From the NCBI RefSeq assembly GCF_035594765.1, contig NC_085841.1, positions 236,178,689-236,242,688 of the forward strand: 64,000 nucleotides of DNA. Direction: 5' to 3'. Position 1 is the stretch's first letter. Every line of letters begins with the position of its first letter. Source of the stretch: Anolis carolinensis (lineage: Eukaryota). A program made the position numbers and the translations under genes. Of the stretch, positions 46,340 to 58,739 are shown piece by piece. Below the pieces are notes generated by a model. The model ran no database searches. It was not told where the DNA came from and was given only the letters and a program-made list of their open reading frames with translations.

Positions 46340-48504
46340 GATGCCACGTCCCTTAGTTCAGTCAGTGGATTTTAAAGCAGCTGGCTTCTTATGGTTCCAG
46401 TTCTAAAAAGACACAGTGCACAGAAAAAAGTGGGAAAACTTGAGGTACTAAATGTTTCTATGTGGTTCTACTGATTGAGGTAAATTGTAGTCATCTCAAA
46501 GATTGAGAGACAAATGGACTCCTACCCCATTCTACATACCGAAGCTGGCTGGTCTACCAGTGAATTTACTAGCATCTTAAACCACAGGTGAGCATTGCTG
46601 GCCAGTTCAAGGAATATAACAAGTCATATGGCACAATAGGCAACAGTACTGAAGTATAAGTTCAGAATGGCTGAGCTACAGCATCTATTATCTGAGGCAT
46701 TTGCCTCACTCAGCCTAAGGTAGGGCCATCTTGGGTGAACCAGCCTATAGGCCTTTAAAAAATCAAAGATGAGTGATGTGAGATTCATAGCTCTATTAAT
46801 AAGCAAGAAAGATGGCATAAATGTATTCTACTAACTTTGTATTATAAATATTTGTAAAAGTTATTAAAAAGTGAAGCTTCATATTAAACTCTCAACCAAA
46901 ATGGTGAACAGTAATAGATAGAATTATCTGATGAGATAATCCCTCCTAATGGGTGGGACAAGTCAATAATTTGCTGCCATTGTCTTCACTGCTTCAAGTT
47001 TGTTTGCTATTCATTAATGGTGTGAAAATACAATCACCATAAAATGGGAGAACAACCTGAAGCAGCTGGCCTTGTTCTGCTTGATGATAGGGCTAGCCCG
47101 CTCTCAAAGCCTGTTAAGGAAGCAATTTACTTGGAAGAGATCAGAGATCCTTCAAGACAGGTGTATAAGCATGCATGTGTGCCAATGCAAGTCATTGCCT
47201 TGCTACTTTCTACTCACTTAGTAAAGCGTCTTTAAATAAAACCTGGAGACAAATGCCAGGAACAGTCTGTGACCTGGGCATGAAACGTGCAACTTCAGGG
47301 AGTAGGGGCAGGTGAACCATCTGTTAAAAATACCCCTCTGACATTTGCAAATAACAGTTTGAGAACTCGGGATGTCTGGGATGTTTGACCAAAGCATGGA
47401 TCTGTTAGGATGGACACTGGCCCTCGCCCTTTCCCCCGAAATCCTATACCCTCTCACTTGTCATTAAGTCTTATTGAGCTCAATGGAGTTTAGCTTCGAA
47501 TTGACTTTATAGGATTGTAGTGCCAGTGACCCTGCTCTTTCAGAGATGAATGCTTTACAGGCTTATCAGTCTTTCAGGACTTTGTCATTCTATCATCTGG
47601 TCAGATAGAGTATTTTACAGTAGAGAGCTCTGGTATAGGAAAGGAAAGCTGGAAGGAAAAAAGGAACTCAGAGTTGTGAGCTAGAAGAGATGATTCACTG
47701 TAGTTTGTCAAATAAAACTACATAGAAAATCTGTCTGAGGTTAAAAGAACAGACACATCTGAAGAACTATTCACAAGGAAGCACATGCCGGTATGTCCTT
47801 TGCTCTCTTTCAGCTATGAAAACTTCTCCGGCCCTTCTCAGTCATATCCTGTTAAGTGGTCTTCTTGGTTCTCGTTTTTCCCTTCTGTCTCATGCCCCTT
47901 CCACACAGCTGTATAAAATTCACATTGAACTTGATTATATGGTAGTGTGGACTCAGATAACCTGTTCAAAGCAGATATTATGGATTATCTGCCTTGATAT
48001 TCTGGGTTATATGGCTGTGGATTATCTGCCTTGATATTCTGAGTTATATGGCTGTGTGGAAGGGCCCTCAGCCTCACACTTGCTTGTTGCTTCTGCCTTA
48101 GATTTCTTACAGAAAGGATAGGGAAGCTGTGCCCCTCCTCCAGATGTTGTACAACTACAAATCCAGTCATCTTAACCATAGGCCATTAAGGAGGTTAGAG
48201 CCCAGTCATATCTAGAAAGCTACAGGTTTCTTTTTCCCCATGAGCACACACCAAATTCAGTTGGATGTGTCCTAAATGTTATTGCCATGTGGTATCCTCT
48301 TTCTTCCTAAAAGAGGATACCACATACAGTACCTCAGCTACATGTACGCGCTCAGGTGAGAAGGGTTTCTGGCATCTTTGTGCAATGATACCTAGCTGTT
48401 GTGAATACCAGACTAGATTTACCGTGATTACTATACAAACATTGCCTTCTTCTGTAGTTCCCAGAATCCACTGATAGGCAGGAACAACTTGAGTGGATGG
48501 GATA

Positions 48505-48548
48505 CCAACCAACTAACCAACCAACTAACCAACCAACTAACCAACCAA
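48505..48548 (+). repeat. (ACCA)n-type microsatellite
   Basis: ACCAACCAACTA repeats. Confidence 0.8.
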
Positions 48549-49483
48549 TTCAGTCAACCCTCCACATTCACAGCAGTTAAGGGCATAGAGCCCCCACATA
48601 AGTGGAAAAACTGAGAATTGAAAAAGGCACATTTTTAACCAGAAAGAACATCTTTCTAGGAATCTAGGCCCTTCCAACATAATTCTGTGGTCAACTTTCT
48701 CTAGCAGTTGCCCACATTTTAATGAAATCCACAAGAGTCAAGTCCTCAGATATGGAGAATTGACTGTAACCATTTTGTTGAAGAAAGAAAAACATATTTC
48801 AAACCTGAATGGCAGACCCTCCACATAGAATGGAAAGGTTTTTGTAGAAATTAAACACAGGGCTGCTAGCTATTATGTTAAGCTCTGGCATTGTTAAATG
48901 CTGAAGCCTACATTCATTTCGCCCTTGCTTATGCTGGCTCCTGTCCTCGCATTCTATAAAACCTGCAGTCAAATAAATCTTCTCACTGAGCTTCTATAAA
49001 AGTCCAGTGTTATTTCCTTCCTTATCATTTGTAGGTTGCCGTGAAAATCCCACTGCTCAGACAGTGGTGGAGCAAAGAGGCTTTTGGCTGTCAGTCATAT
49101 TGGAGGAAAAAAATAAATGCTTGGGTTTTGGCCTCATTCAGCGAGTGACTGGAAGTACTGAGTTCCTTTGCTTCTCTTATCCCTGTGGGTATAGAGCAGG
49201 AGTAGGAGTCATATGACCCTCCAGGTTTCACTGGCTACAATATCCATCAGACCTGACTAGAATAGCCAACACAATAGTGAAGAATCATGGTAACTGACGG
49301 GCTATCTCTGAGAGTCTTATTACACTACTCTTTATGCTGTGTTACTCCATTTGCAATGTATACTTTAGCCAGTCTTATGAGGTTAGCTGCTTGTTGATAT
49401 GTTGTTGAAGACTTTCATGGCCAGAATCACAGGATTGTTGTGTGTTTTCCGGGCTATATGGCCATGTTCCAGAAGTATTCTTT

Positions 49484-49513
49484 CCTGACGTTTCGCCCAG
49501 GCATCCTCAGAGG
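49484..49513 (-). ncRNA. Ultra-short (30 nt) hammerhead ribozyme motif
   Basis: CCU-CUGAGGA-U-GCCUGGGC-GAAA-C-GUC-AGG: full catalytic core, stem I CCU/AGG, shortened stem II. Confidence 0.65.
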
Positions 49514-49549
49514 TTTGGGTGTGTTTGGGCGCTGCTTTTGGTGGTCCAG

Positions 49550-49590
49550 CCTCTGAAGATGCCTGCCATAGATGTGGGCGAAACATCAGG
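49550..49590 (+). ncRNA. Minimal hammerhead ribozyme motif (AUC triplet, stem III weakened)
   Basis: CCU-CUGAAGA-U-GCCUGC cauagau GUGGGC-GAAA-C-AUC-AGG. Confidence 0.6.
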
Positions 49591-51219
49591 AGAGAATACT
49601 TCTGGAACATGGCTATACAGCCCGGAAAACACACAACAACCCTGTTTGTTAATACTCTTTATCACACTGCATTTGCATTTTTGTATGCTTTACTAGTGTC
49701 ATTAGTGACTCCTGTACCCAATCCCTTGCTGTGTAATTGGTTAATTTTTTAAAAAAAGAATCCATAATAGTGCCATTACAATACAATGGTGGATAGTGTC
49801 CAATGTTACAACATAACAGCAAGAAAACAAAATTTCAGACATCAGAAGATGGGTTAAAACAGGTTTAACATACTAGAATGACTGTCATCCAAGCCAAAGC
49901 AACACAAATAGTCATTGACTTTTCTGCCAGAGATTTCCTTTCGGATCCTTGGGAGAGGGATAATTTGGCAAAACCATACTATTCTCATTAATCAGTTACT
50001 GTATTTCTTCAATTCTGAGATGCCATTGATAACAAGATGCACACTAATTTCAATATCACCAACAGGAAAAAGCTTTATTTATATATATAAAGAGCACCTG
50101 TGATTCTAATGGCCCTCCCAGACAGCCATATAACCCAGATAAAGGATAAGGCAGATAAACCCCAATATCTGCTTTGAACTTGATTATCTGAGTCCACACT
50201 GCCATATAATCCAGTTCAATGTGAATTTTATGCAGCTGTGTGGAAGGGACCAAAGATGCATCCTGTTTTTAGGGATGTTTATATGGGGGAAAAGTGCAAT
50301 TAAGAGTCAAAGAAATAGGGTATTAATGGAAGGAAAAGATATAGTTTCAGATTTGTGGTGGGAAAAACTAGGTTATTAACAGATTATTCCACAACATCAA
50401 CAACCAAAATTAAACACTTTTCTAACACATGCAAAATATCTTCCCAAGACTGCTTTAGCACAACCGCAGGGGTTTAAGCAGATACAATGTTTCACATTCC
50501 TACATCTGTGCCTGAAACAATTTCACTTTTTTGAATATCTGTCTGTCACAGTCAAATAGATTAGTGTTTAATATTTTAATTCAGTTATTTTAGGGATATA
50601 ACATTCCTAGATTGTCTAGGGGGCAAAGAATAAAAATCAATGATACAACAAAAACAATTTAAACCAAAATGCCAATAACATAGTAGTTAAGGGAATCATG
50701 AAAGTGATCAGCAGACATAAAACAAATATAAACCAGATAAGTAGGGAAACAAGTTTTGTTAAAATGTAAAGAAAAATGATAACCTTTTCACATGACGATG
50801 AGTAAAGTACATGCCAACCAAGGAGCTTCTGCTAAGACGACCCTTCCCTTGATAGCCGCATATAGCACCTCAGATAGTGGAAGTTAGCCGGGAAAAGTGG
50901 GGGTGAAGAAACTCTCTGCAGGCTCACATAGCCTTATAATTATTTTTCCCCACAAGCCATGTACAATTGTAGAGATTCTGTTCCCCTTTCTGTATTTGAC
51001 AATGAGAAATTCCCTCCCTCCTATTTCTTCTCTGCGCAGTGTCCAAGTGTCAGATCTGAACTGCCTGGAATCTGAGTGTGGCTCTGGACAGAGTCACTGT
51101 CTGATTGTTTCTCTTCATCTCAAGTAAACAAGAACTTTTTTAGACATATGCATGAATACCTTTATTTTTTAAAGCCTACCACCCACCCCAACTATAGGGG
51201 GAAATGAATAGCTACCTAC

Positions 51220-51420
51220 CAAATGGCTGGGCTTTCCTGGAGACCACCACCTTTCTGGGTGCCCTTCTCCTGGCCTCTTCTGAGTCTCTCTTTCCCCCTT
51301 CCTCTGTGCTTTCAGCACTTCTTTCATTGTTTACTACTCTGTTGATACACCCACCCTCCCTACTGTGGTGAGTAACTAGATGCTCCTATTTTTACCAGGA
51401 GTTTAGCAGGTGCCTCTTTC
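51220..51420 (-). promoter_or_regulatory. Possible SMTNL1 non-coding first exon and muscle-type promoter
   Basis: Minus-strand donor TTG|gtaggt (exon end 51220); MEF2/TATA-like CTATTTTTAC 51386-51395; E-box CAGGTG 51407-51412. Confidence 0.35.
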
Positions 51421-52775
51421 AATCACAGCTCCCACTCCTCGGAAGAAGCAGATGGAGCCAGGACAAAGTGGAGGGAGAATGAGGGGCACTGAAGAGGGGA
51501 GGCGGCAGAGAGGGAAGAGTGAAAGATCACGTTCAAGGAGAGTGTTGCAGAAGCTCTGGTTTATAATGAAGGCCCCATCAATAAGAAATTATACATTTCC
51601 TAGATAGTGAGCGTGATACCTAGTGAGCTGTCCACAAGATGTCCTATGTCAGTTGTCAGTGGAAGAATTTGGGAGCAGGATGGCGCTATGATTCCACTGT
51701 CATGGTAACATCCTATGCAATCCTGGGATTGTCAGTTGTGGAATCCTCAGCCAGAGAGCTTTTTAAATTACAAACCCCAGAATGGAGCCATGATAGTTAA
51801 ATTGGAGTCTCAGCACTATAATTACTAGTATTTACAGTTAGTACTTCACATTTGCTGCGGTTAGGGTCACAGGACCGTGAATAAAGAAAGGCAATTTCTT
51901 TACACGAAAGAACACACCACTAAGAATATCTACATCCTCCAGTTGACAAGACAATCACGCTGGAGGACCCAGAGATTCCTAGAAAGAACATTTTAAATAA
52001 AATGTTTGAATAATCAGATCCGCAAAAGTCAAAACTACAAATGTGGAGTGATAACTACTTTGAAAAGGGCACAAGAGTCTTTGTTTATATGCTGTTCTTG
52101 CATGCTCAGCAAGGGACTCTGAAGTGGCCTGTTGTAGGCAGGCACACACAGCTGTGAAGAAGGGCTTGCGAATCTCTCTATGAAACAAGGCATTCTACAG
52201 ACATAGATTGATGAGCTTGAAAGAACAGCAACTTCATCAAGCCATGTTTGTATTGTTGCCCCATTGGGATCTAGGCAATAAGTTCAATCTTTCGGGGCAT
52301 GGTGGTAATATTTCATTTATTTTTGGAGTACATCTTGTATAAATGCTGAGTCCAGTAGTAGCTAGGTGTGTCTCAAGAACAAAAAAGCCTTCAATTTGAG
52401 TGGCTGGGACATATGGGATGCCAGAAGCAACCACTGGAAGAAAGGATGCCCAGTAGGCAAAGCTTAAAGACCTCTGCTTATAAAATTCTCCATATTAGTT
52501 CAATGTCCTGCTGAATTTGGTGGGCCTTCATGTCAACCAAGCACTTTTGCAGCCATAAACTAAGAAGTCAAATGAAAGGCAAATGTGTCTGTAGGACTGG
52601 TATTGAGTTTCATTTCTCCACATTCCACAAAGTACATCCTCCCTAGACATTTTCTAGGTCATCCAGTGCAACTCTATGACATTTTTGGGGCAGATACCTT
52701 TCATTTCAATAGGTTTTACTATTATCCATGGTTTCATATCCATCCAAAGGCTGGGAACATATTTCCATGGACATA

Positions 52776-53093
52776 CAGTAGAGTTACTTATCCAAGCCTC
52801 GCTTATTCAAGCTTCTGGATAATCCAAGCCATTTTTGTAATCAATGTTTTCAATATATCATGATATTTTGGTGCTAAATTCGTAAATACAGTAATTACAA
52901 TATAACATTACTGCGTATTGAACTACTTTTTCTGTCAAATTTGTTGTACAACATGTTTTGGCGCTTAATTTGTAAAATCATAACCTAATTTGATGTTTAA
53001 TAGGCTTTTCCTTAATCCCCCCTTATTATCCAATATATTCGCTTATCCAAGCTTCTGCCGGCCTGTTTAGCTTGGATAAGTGAGACTCTACTG
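52776..53093. mobile_element. Tc1/mariner MITE family A
   Basis: TIRs and TA flanks. Confidence 0.9.
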
Positions 53094-53700
53094 TACATCC
53101 AAACAAAAAAATCACTGACATGGATCATTATTTTTAAAAAGTCTTTTGACTCAAGAACTGAAAACCTGATCATCCTAGCATTGCTCTATCCACCAAGATT
53201 ATTTGGGGAAAGGCCTTCCCCTCCATCACAGAGATCCCAAGACTGCTTAATTGGCAACACAAGTTGACAACACAAATATTGTTCACCTTCCACTTTTTTT
53301 TTTACATCTTTCCTCTCCGGGCAGAATATGTTGCCTGTAAACATTGCTATGGGAACTAAACTGAGATAGATCCCTGTTGGCAGAAAGCCATGCCATGATT
53401 AGATTGTTTTCCAAGGGGCTCTCTGCCCCCTTGCAAGGCTGTTTTAAAATGTCTCCCTGGAGTGAGAATGAAAACCTGGTGAAAACAATGGGATTAATCT
53501 CTTCAGGATGACACCCACTCAATTGCTAGAAGCAGGCATGCCTGTTTTTCATTTCTGAAACAGGTCTGACATCCTGTGGTCAAACTGTGAATTGCTTGCT
53601 TCTCTAAACTGAGCCCTTAGTAAAATGATGGGGAATAGACAACAGAAAGACAGGTGTTGTGGCTCAAATAGAGGACAGTCCACTCTTTACATCCCAATAT

Positions 53701-53732
53701 CACTTGATCTTAGCCAAAAGGCTGAGAAGTAT
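53701..53732 (-). pseudogene. U2 snRNA 5' fragment (nt ~1-33)
   Basis: Minus strand ATACTTCTCAGCCTTTTGGCTAAGATCAAGTG versus U2 ATCGCTTCTCGGCCTTTTGGCTAAGATCAAGTG. Confidence 0.8.
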
Positions 53733-55898
53733 CTATCCTGACCTGTTGTAGGACTGCCATATCCGGTTGTTGTTGTTGTGCACTGAAATCCAAATGTTGT
53801 TATTTTTTATTTATGGCAGTCCTATTGTAGACTTACAGAATGATTTTCTTGGCAGAATTTGTTCAGAAGTTTGCCTCTGCCTTCTTACAAAACTGAGAAA
53901 GTGTGACTTGCCCAAGGCCACCCAATGGGATTTCATGGCTAAGCAGGAATTTGGACCCTGGACTCCACAAAGTTATAGTTCAATGCTAAAACGACTTTGC
54001 AATGCTGGTTCTCAGTGCCAATTATATCGGATTCAAATCAGTGGGATTTACCTGTGCATTGACTCACATTTCAGGAACTGATTCAGTAGTTTACTGCAGT
54101 TGGAACTGATAACTAGGTTTCAGCTTTGAATTTTCTTCTGTTTGTAGAAACCATTCAAGGTGTCTATATGGTAATCTCTCAAGGCAAGAAAACTGAGGTG
54201 GCTGATGTTCTGTCTTCAAGGGTTGGTACAGGCAAAGGAGGCTGGATCTACACTGCCCTGTATTCCAGGATCCGGTCCCAGATTATCTGCTTTGCACTGG
54301 ATTATGAGAGTCTACGCTGCCAGATAATCTGGGATCAGATCCTGGGATATAGCACAGTGTAGATCCAATCGGAGAATCATGTGTAACAGAAAATGAAAAC
54401 CTAGGTGGTCTTGACTCTCTTCCCATCAACCATATTTCTAATTTTTATATCCTCTTTCCTGGTTTTAAAAAATGCCTTCTAGCTCTACTGATTTCTCATC
54501 CATGCCTCATTTATCTGAATTGTCACCTTTCTCTTTCTCAAAGTCTTACCCTGCTACCTCATTGTGACATGAAACTAATTCTGGGCTTTCGTAGGCTGCA
54601 CTTGCAGAGCACACACCTGGTAGAGTTTACCAAGCTGATGCAGATTCTTGTCTACCACCCAAGGGTCACGTACGGAAAGGCTCTTCACCAGAACATCATC
54701 CACTGGTGCAGAATTGGCCACCGCAACTACAAATATGATATTAGTATGGAATAGTTGCCTTCTACATCAGTAGACGGACTACTCAAATACCTGTGGTGTC
54801 TGTGTGAGTAGTCCATCTAATGAAGTAGATAGCATGTGTCAAACCCAAGGCCCATGTGTCAAATCTGGCCCACCATGTCATTTTATGTGCGCCCCCCGGT
54901 TGCTGGACTACAATGCCTGCATTCCTCAATTTTAGACAACATGACTAGAGCTGGTGGGAAATGTGATACAATAACATATAGAAGGCTGTAGTTTTGTCTA
55001 TTTAGTCAGGATACTGGGGTTTGGATTTAGACACAAGGCTTGTGGATATGATGTCTGACTTTCAAATGTCCTCAGAGCCAGAAGTGCTGTTGGGTTGCAA
55101 TTCCCATTATCCCCTGTCAGAATGGTAGATAATCAAAAGTGATGTTGTTCAATCAAATCTGGGTATCCAAATTGGGTAAAAGAGCACCGACCACTATGTA
55201 AAAATAATAATAAAATACTTGGCCCTCTGTAATCCTGGATTCTCCACCCATGGAATCATCAGCCTTTTGAAGGCAACTATAAGGCTGGTGCGGCCCTCAA
55301 TGAAAGTAAGTTTGACACTTCTGATGTAAAGGGCAACTAAGATATTCCACACCCAGTTAGGTTAAACATTTACCCCACTGGTAAATTGCAAAAAATAAGG
55401 CTTGCAATCCATCTGATTTGTTGCATAGTTGAGGGAAGGCTTTGTCATTTTCCCATGATGTCTCAGGTTCCTGTCCCTAAGAAAATGGAGACTGTGTAAT
55501 GCAGGGTACGTTTTCTAACAAGCAGATTACTTGACATTTGTTGGCTCATAAGAAGCAGAGAAAAATATCAGATGTTGCTTTATTTGTGCTTTACGCAACA
55601 AAAATACACAAGGCTGGGCTCAAATTACCAAATAGAAAAGCACAGAAGGCCACTAAAAGCCATGCTATGACAATAACATTTTCTCAGCTTCTAAATATAA
55701 ACATGTGGTGAAGAGCCAGCTTCGCTCAGCTTCAGTTCTCTGTAAAAGATCTGTAAAAGGCAGATTCTGAAGCTGAAAAGAAAACTGGGCCAATATGTCA
55801 CTGAAAGTTTAATGCACACTATGAAAATAGCTCCAATGATATGGTGTGGACAGGTTAAGAAGTGGCCCGGCTAGGATTTGAACTCCCATTGGCTAGAG

Positions 55899-56005
55899 CA
55901 GGCATGGGCAAACTTCGGTCCTCCAGGTGTTTTGGACTTCATCTCCCACAATTCCTAACAGCGGAAGTCCAAAAAACCTGGAGGGCCAAGATTTGCCCAT
56001 GCCTG
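55899..56005. mobile_element. Palindromic hAT-type MITE
   Basis: TIR CAGGCATGGGCAAA / TTTGCCCATGCCTG; TSD GGCTAGAG/GGATAGAG. Confidence 0.85.
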
Positions 56006-56272
56006 GGATAGAGGCTTCATGGAGTAGCTCCCATAGTTGGTTTTCCTGGTGGTGGTTTAATAAATTGTCATTCACTGATTTCAACTGTCAGTCCGTTTAT
56101 TAGTCCAAACCCAAGGGGGGAGGGAGGGGGAAAGAAAGAAAAAGAGAGGGAAAAATTCAGAAAGTGTAGTGTAGTGGTTTGAACCTTGGATTCTGGCTCT
56201 GAACCCACTAGATGACTTTAGGCAAGTCACAGTCTCTCAGCCTCAGAGGAATACAATGGCAAATCCCCTTTG

Positions 56273-56540
56273 TTGGGGTTGTATGTTTTCCCGGCTGTAT
56301 GGCCATGTTTTAGAAGTATTCTCTCCTGACGTTTCGCCCAGGCATCCTCAGAGGTTGTGAGGTAAACCTTCCTTGCTGAGTTTCTCCATACCTCCCAACC
56401 TCTGAGGATGCCTGACATAGATGTGGGAGAAACGTCAGGATACTAAAAGACTTCTAGAATACTTCTAGAACATGGCCATAAAGCCCGGAAAACATACAAC
56501 AACCCTGTGATCCTGGCCATGAAAGCCTTTGACAACACAT
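56273..56540. mobile_element. Head-to-head Penelope-derived mini-element with two hammerhead motifs
   Basis: Minus-sense arm with 30-nt hammerhead 56325-56354; plus-sense arm with hammerhead 56399-56439 (stem II mismatches) ending at the Penelope 3' end. Confidence 0.85.
56325..56354 (-). ncRNA. Ultra-short (30 nt) hammerhead ribozyme motif, identical to 49484-49513
   Basis: CCUCUGAGGAUGCCUGGGCGAAACGUCAGG. Confidence 0.65.
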
Positions 56541-58739
56541 TAAATCCCCTTTGGATAATTTTTTCCCAAGAAAGCTCTGTGCTAGGATTACCATAGGGTT
56601 GCCCTAAGTCTGAAATGACTTGAAGGCACACAACAACAACAACAACCACTGTAATCCCCTCCCACCCCAACAGTCTGAGGGACCATGAACTGGCTCTCTG
56701 TTTCAAAAGTTTGAGGCCCCTGGCTTAAGGTTTACACAGAGATACGGAATGGTTGTATCAATAGAAAGTTGGGAAGTGCTCTGCCATTTCCTTTAGCTGT
56801 TTCCCGGGGCAGTACATTTTAATACAAAGGGATTATGCAAAAGGTTTTTGGGTGCAGCAGGTCTGCATTCCAGGATGAGTTTAATGAATTAAAGGTAAAG
56901 GTGATGCAAAGAGCACAGCCCACCCGGGATTGTCAGTTTATATGAGTTCATATGATTTCATGTAATCGTATATAATGTATTTATTTATTTAAGAAATTTA
57001 TTTCCTGCCTTTCCCCACTCAAGGTACCAAGGCGGCTTACAGCCGCTAAAACATACAATATACAAGTTAAAACCAAAAATATTAGACATGCTGTAAACTT
57101 TAATAAAGTTCAATAAAATATATTATACTAACCCAATTCATGTACAATTCAGATTTTGGGGGCTCCAATTCTTGATAACACATTCACACACCTGTAAACA
57201 TGAGTTGTTGCCAATTGTATTTCAAGAGTGGTCAAAGTGGGCTGTATGCAGGATCAAATCTGTATTTTCTGGCACAGATTTTTTGGATAGCTGTCAAAGT
57301 GAATAAAAGTGCTTTGTATTTTCCATTGCCTTTTGTCAGTACTTTGAGCACCAGCTCTACTGATATCCTCTTTGGATATTGAGAATAAAATGTACCCTCG
57401 GTTCGCTTCTGACACTATAAATAAATTGAGAATAAAGACCTCTGTTTTGCCTTCCAACCCGTCCATGCTTCTTTAGATCTTCTGGCTGATTTGCACACTA
57501 GGCATCAGAATCAGTGGCTTAGCAATTACTGAAAATGCAACAAATGGGCATAGTGGCCACAACAATAGTATTTTTACACTTCAATGTAGAGTTAATTAAC
57601 ACGCCCAGAAAACCATTATCCTCAATGGTACTTTTCCAAAATACTGATGTAGCACAAATTTATTTGTGGATTTATTCAATTGTGCCTGAAATAACCAATC
57701 TAGGATCCAGTTAAACAGCTCATGAAGAACAGGAAGCATCTATCTACTCAAGCTGTTTATACATCTAGCCCTTTAGAAGCATTTCTCCCATAGAGTTATT
57801 TCCCACCTTTCCTGCTAATAGAGATCTTTTCAACCAAGACATGCTAAGGACTGAACTGGAGATCTTTCTTCATATAAAGTATATGTGTGTGTTGCAACAG
57901 CTCCATCTCAAAGTGCTTTGCCTAATATAGCATCATTTTTGTGCTAGCCAGCCAGCCAGCCAAAGTGTATAAAAAGAGCCAGACACAAGAACAGGGAAAT
58001 TCATTTCCCACATGCGGACCTGCTGCACCCATTTCCCCTTCATGTACACAATTTGGCTTAGCTCTTTAATTTAAACGGTCTGGAGAAGCACTTATTCGAA
58101 GAGAATTTCCATTCTCATAGATATGGTAGGACTGAGTGTGGATCATATGGAGCACAGCCCACACAAGGGTCTCCGCCAGTGACCCCCAGGTATCCTAAAT
58201 GGTGGTCTCAGCCCCGATGCTGCATCAGTGAGGGGGGAGCCCCATCCACCCAGGCTAGTGACAGGTCCACACCAGCAGTTGTTGAAAGGACTGTGGATCC
58301 GACAGAAATCTCTAGGGATAACTACTTTCAGTATAACAGAACTGAAACATAATACTAGGATCCTACAATGTATTTCTATTTTCTGGGCTTCATTAACAGT
58401 TTCTCCTCCTATCCTAAACAATATATCTTTTCTTTACTTTTCCCTCCTGCGAACATGCACACGAGCATGGAGAAGACAATTAAAACAAACAAGGGAAATA
58501 ACCTTTCCTATCTGTTATGCAGCCAAGACAGACCCCCACTTATTTCCAACTGTGAACTTATGATGGAACATCACTTGGTTCCTATCTCTATTTCTTTATT
58601 TTATTACTTTATTTTTGAAACTATGAAATATATTAGACAGAAGGCAAACCAGAATGAACTGTTTCAACCATTTCAGAAATTTCTCCCACTTGGGAGAAAA
58701 CACAACTTGGACTATAATCTTTTGGGATAATGTCTTTCC

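Larger units (their letters stand above)
49400..49643. mobile_element. Head-to-head Penelope-derived mini-element with two hammerhead motifs
   Basis: Left arm (minus sense) 49400-49513, spacer copied from GIY-YIG coding sequence, right arm (plus sense) 49549-49643. Confidence 0.85.

Noticed and set aside
47980-48056. 37-bp tandem duplication TGGATTATCTGCCTTGATATTCTG.GTTATATGGCTG
   Set aside because: A local slippage duplication inside a common palindromic MITE; no sign of function.
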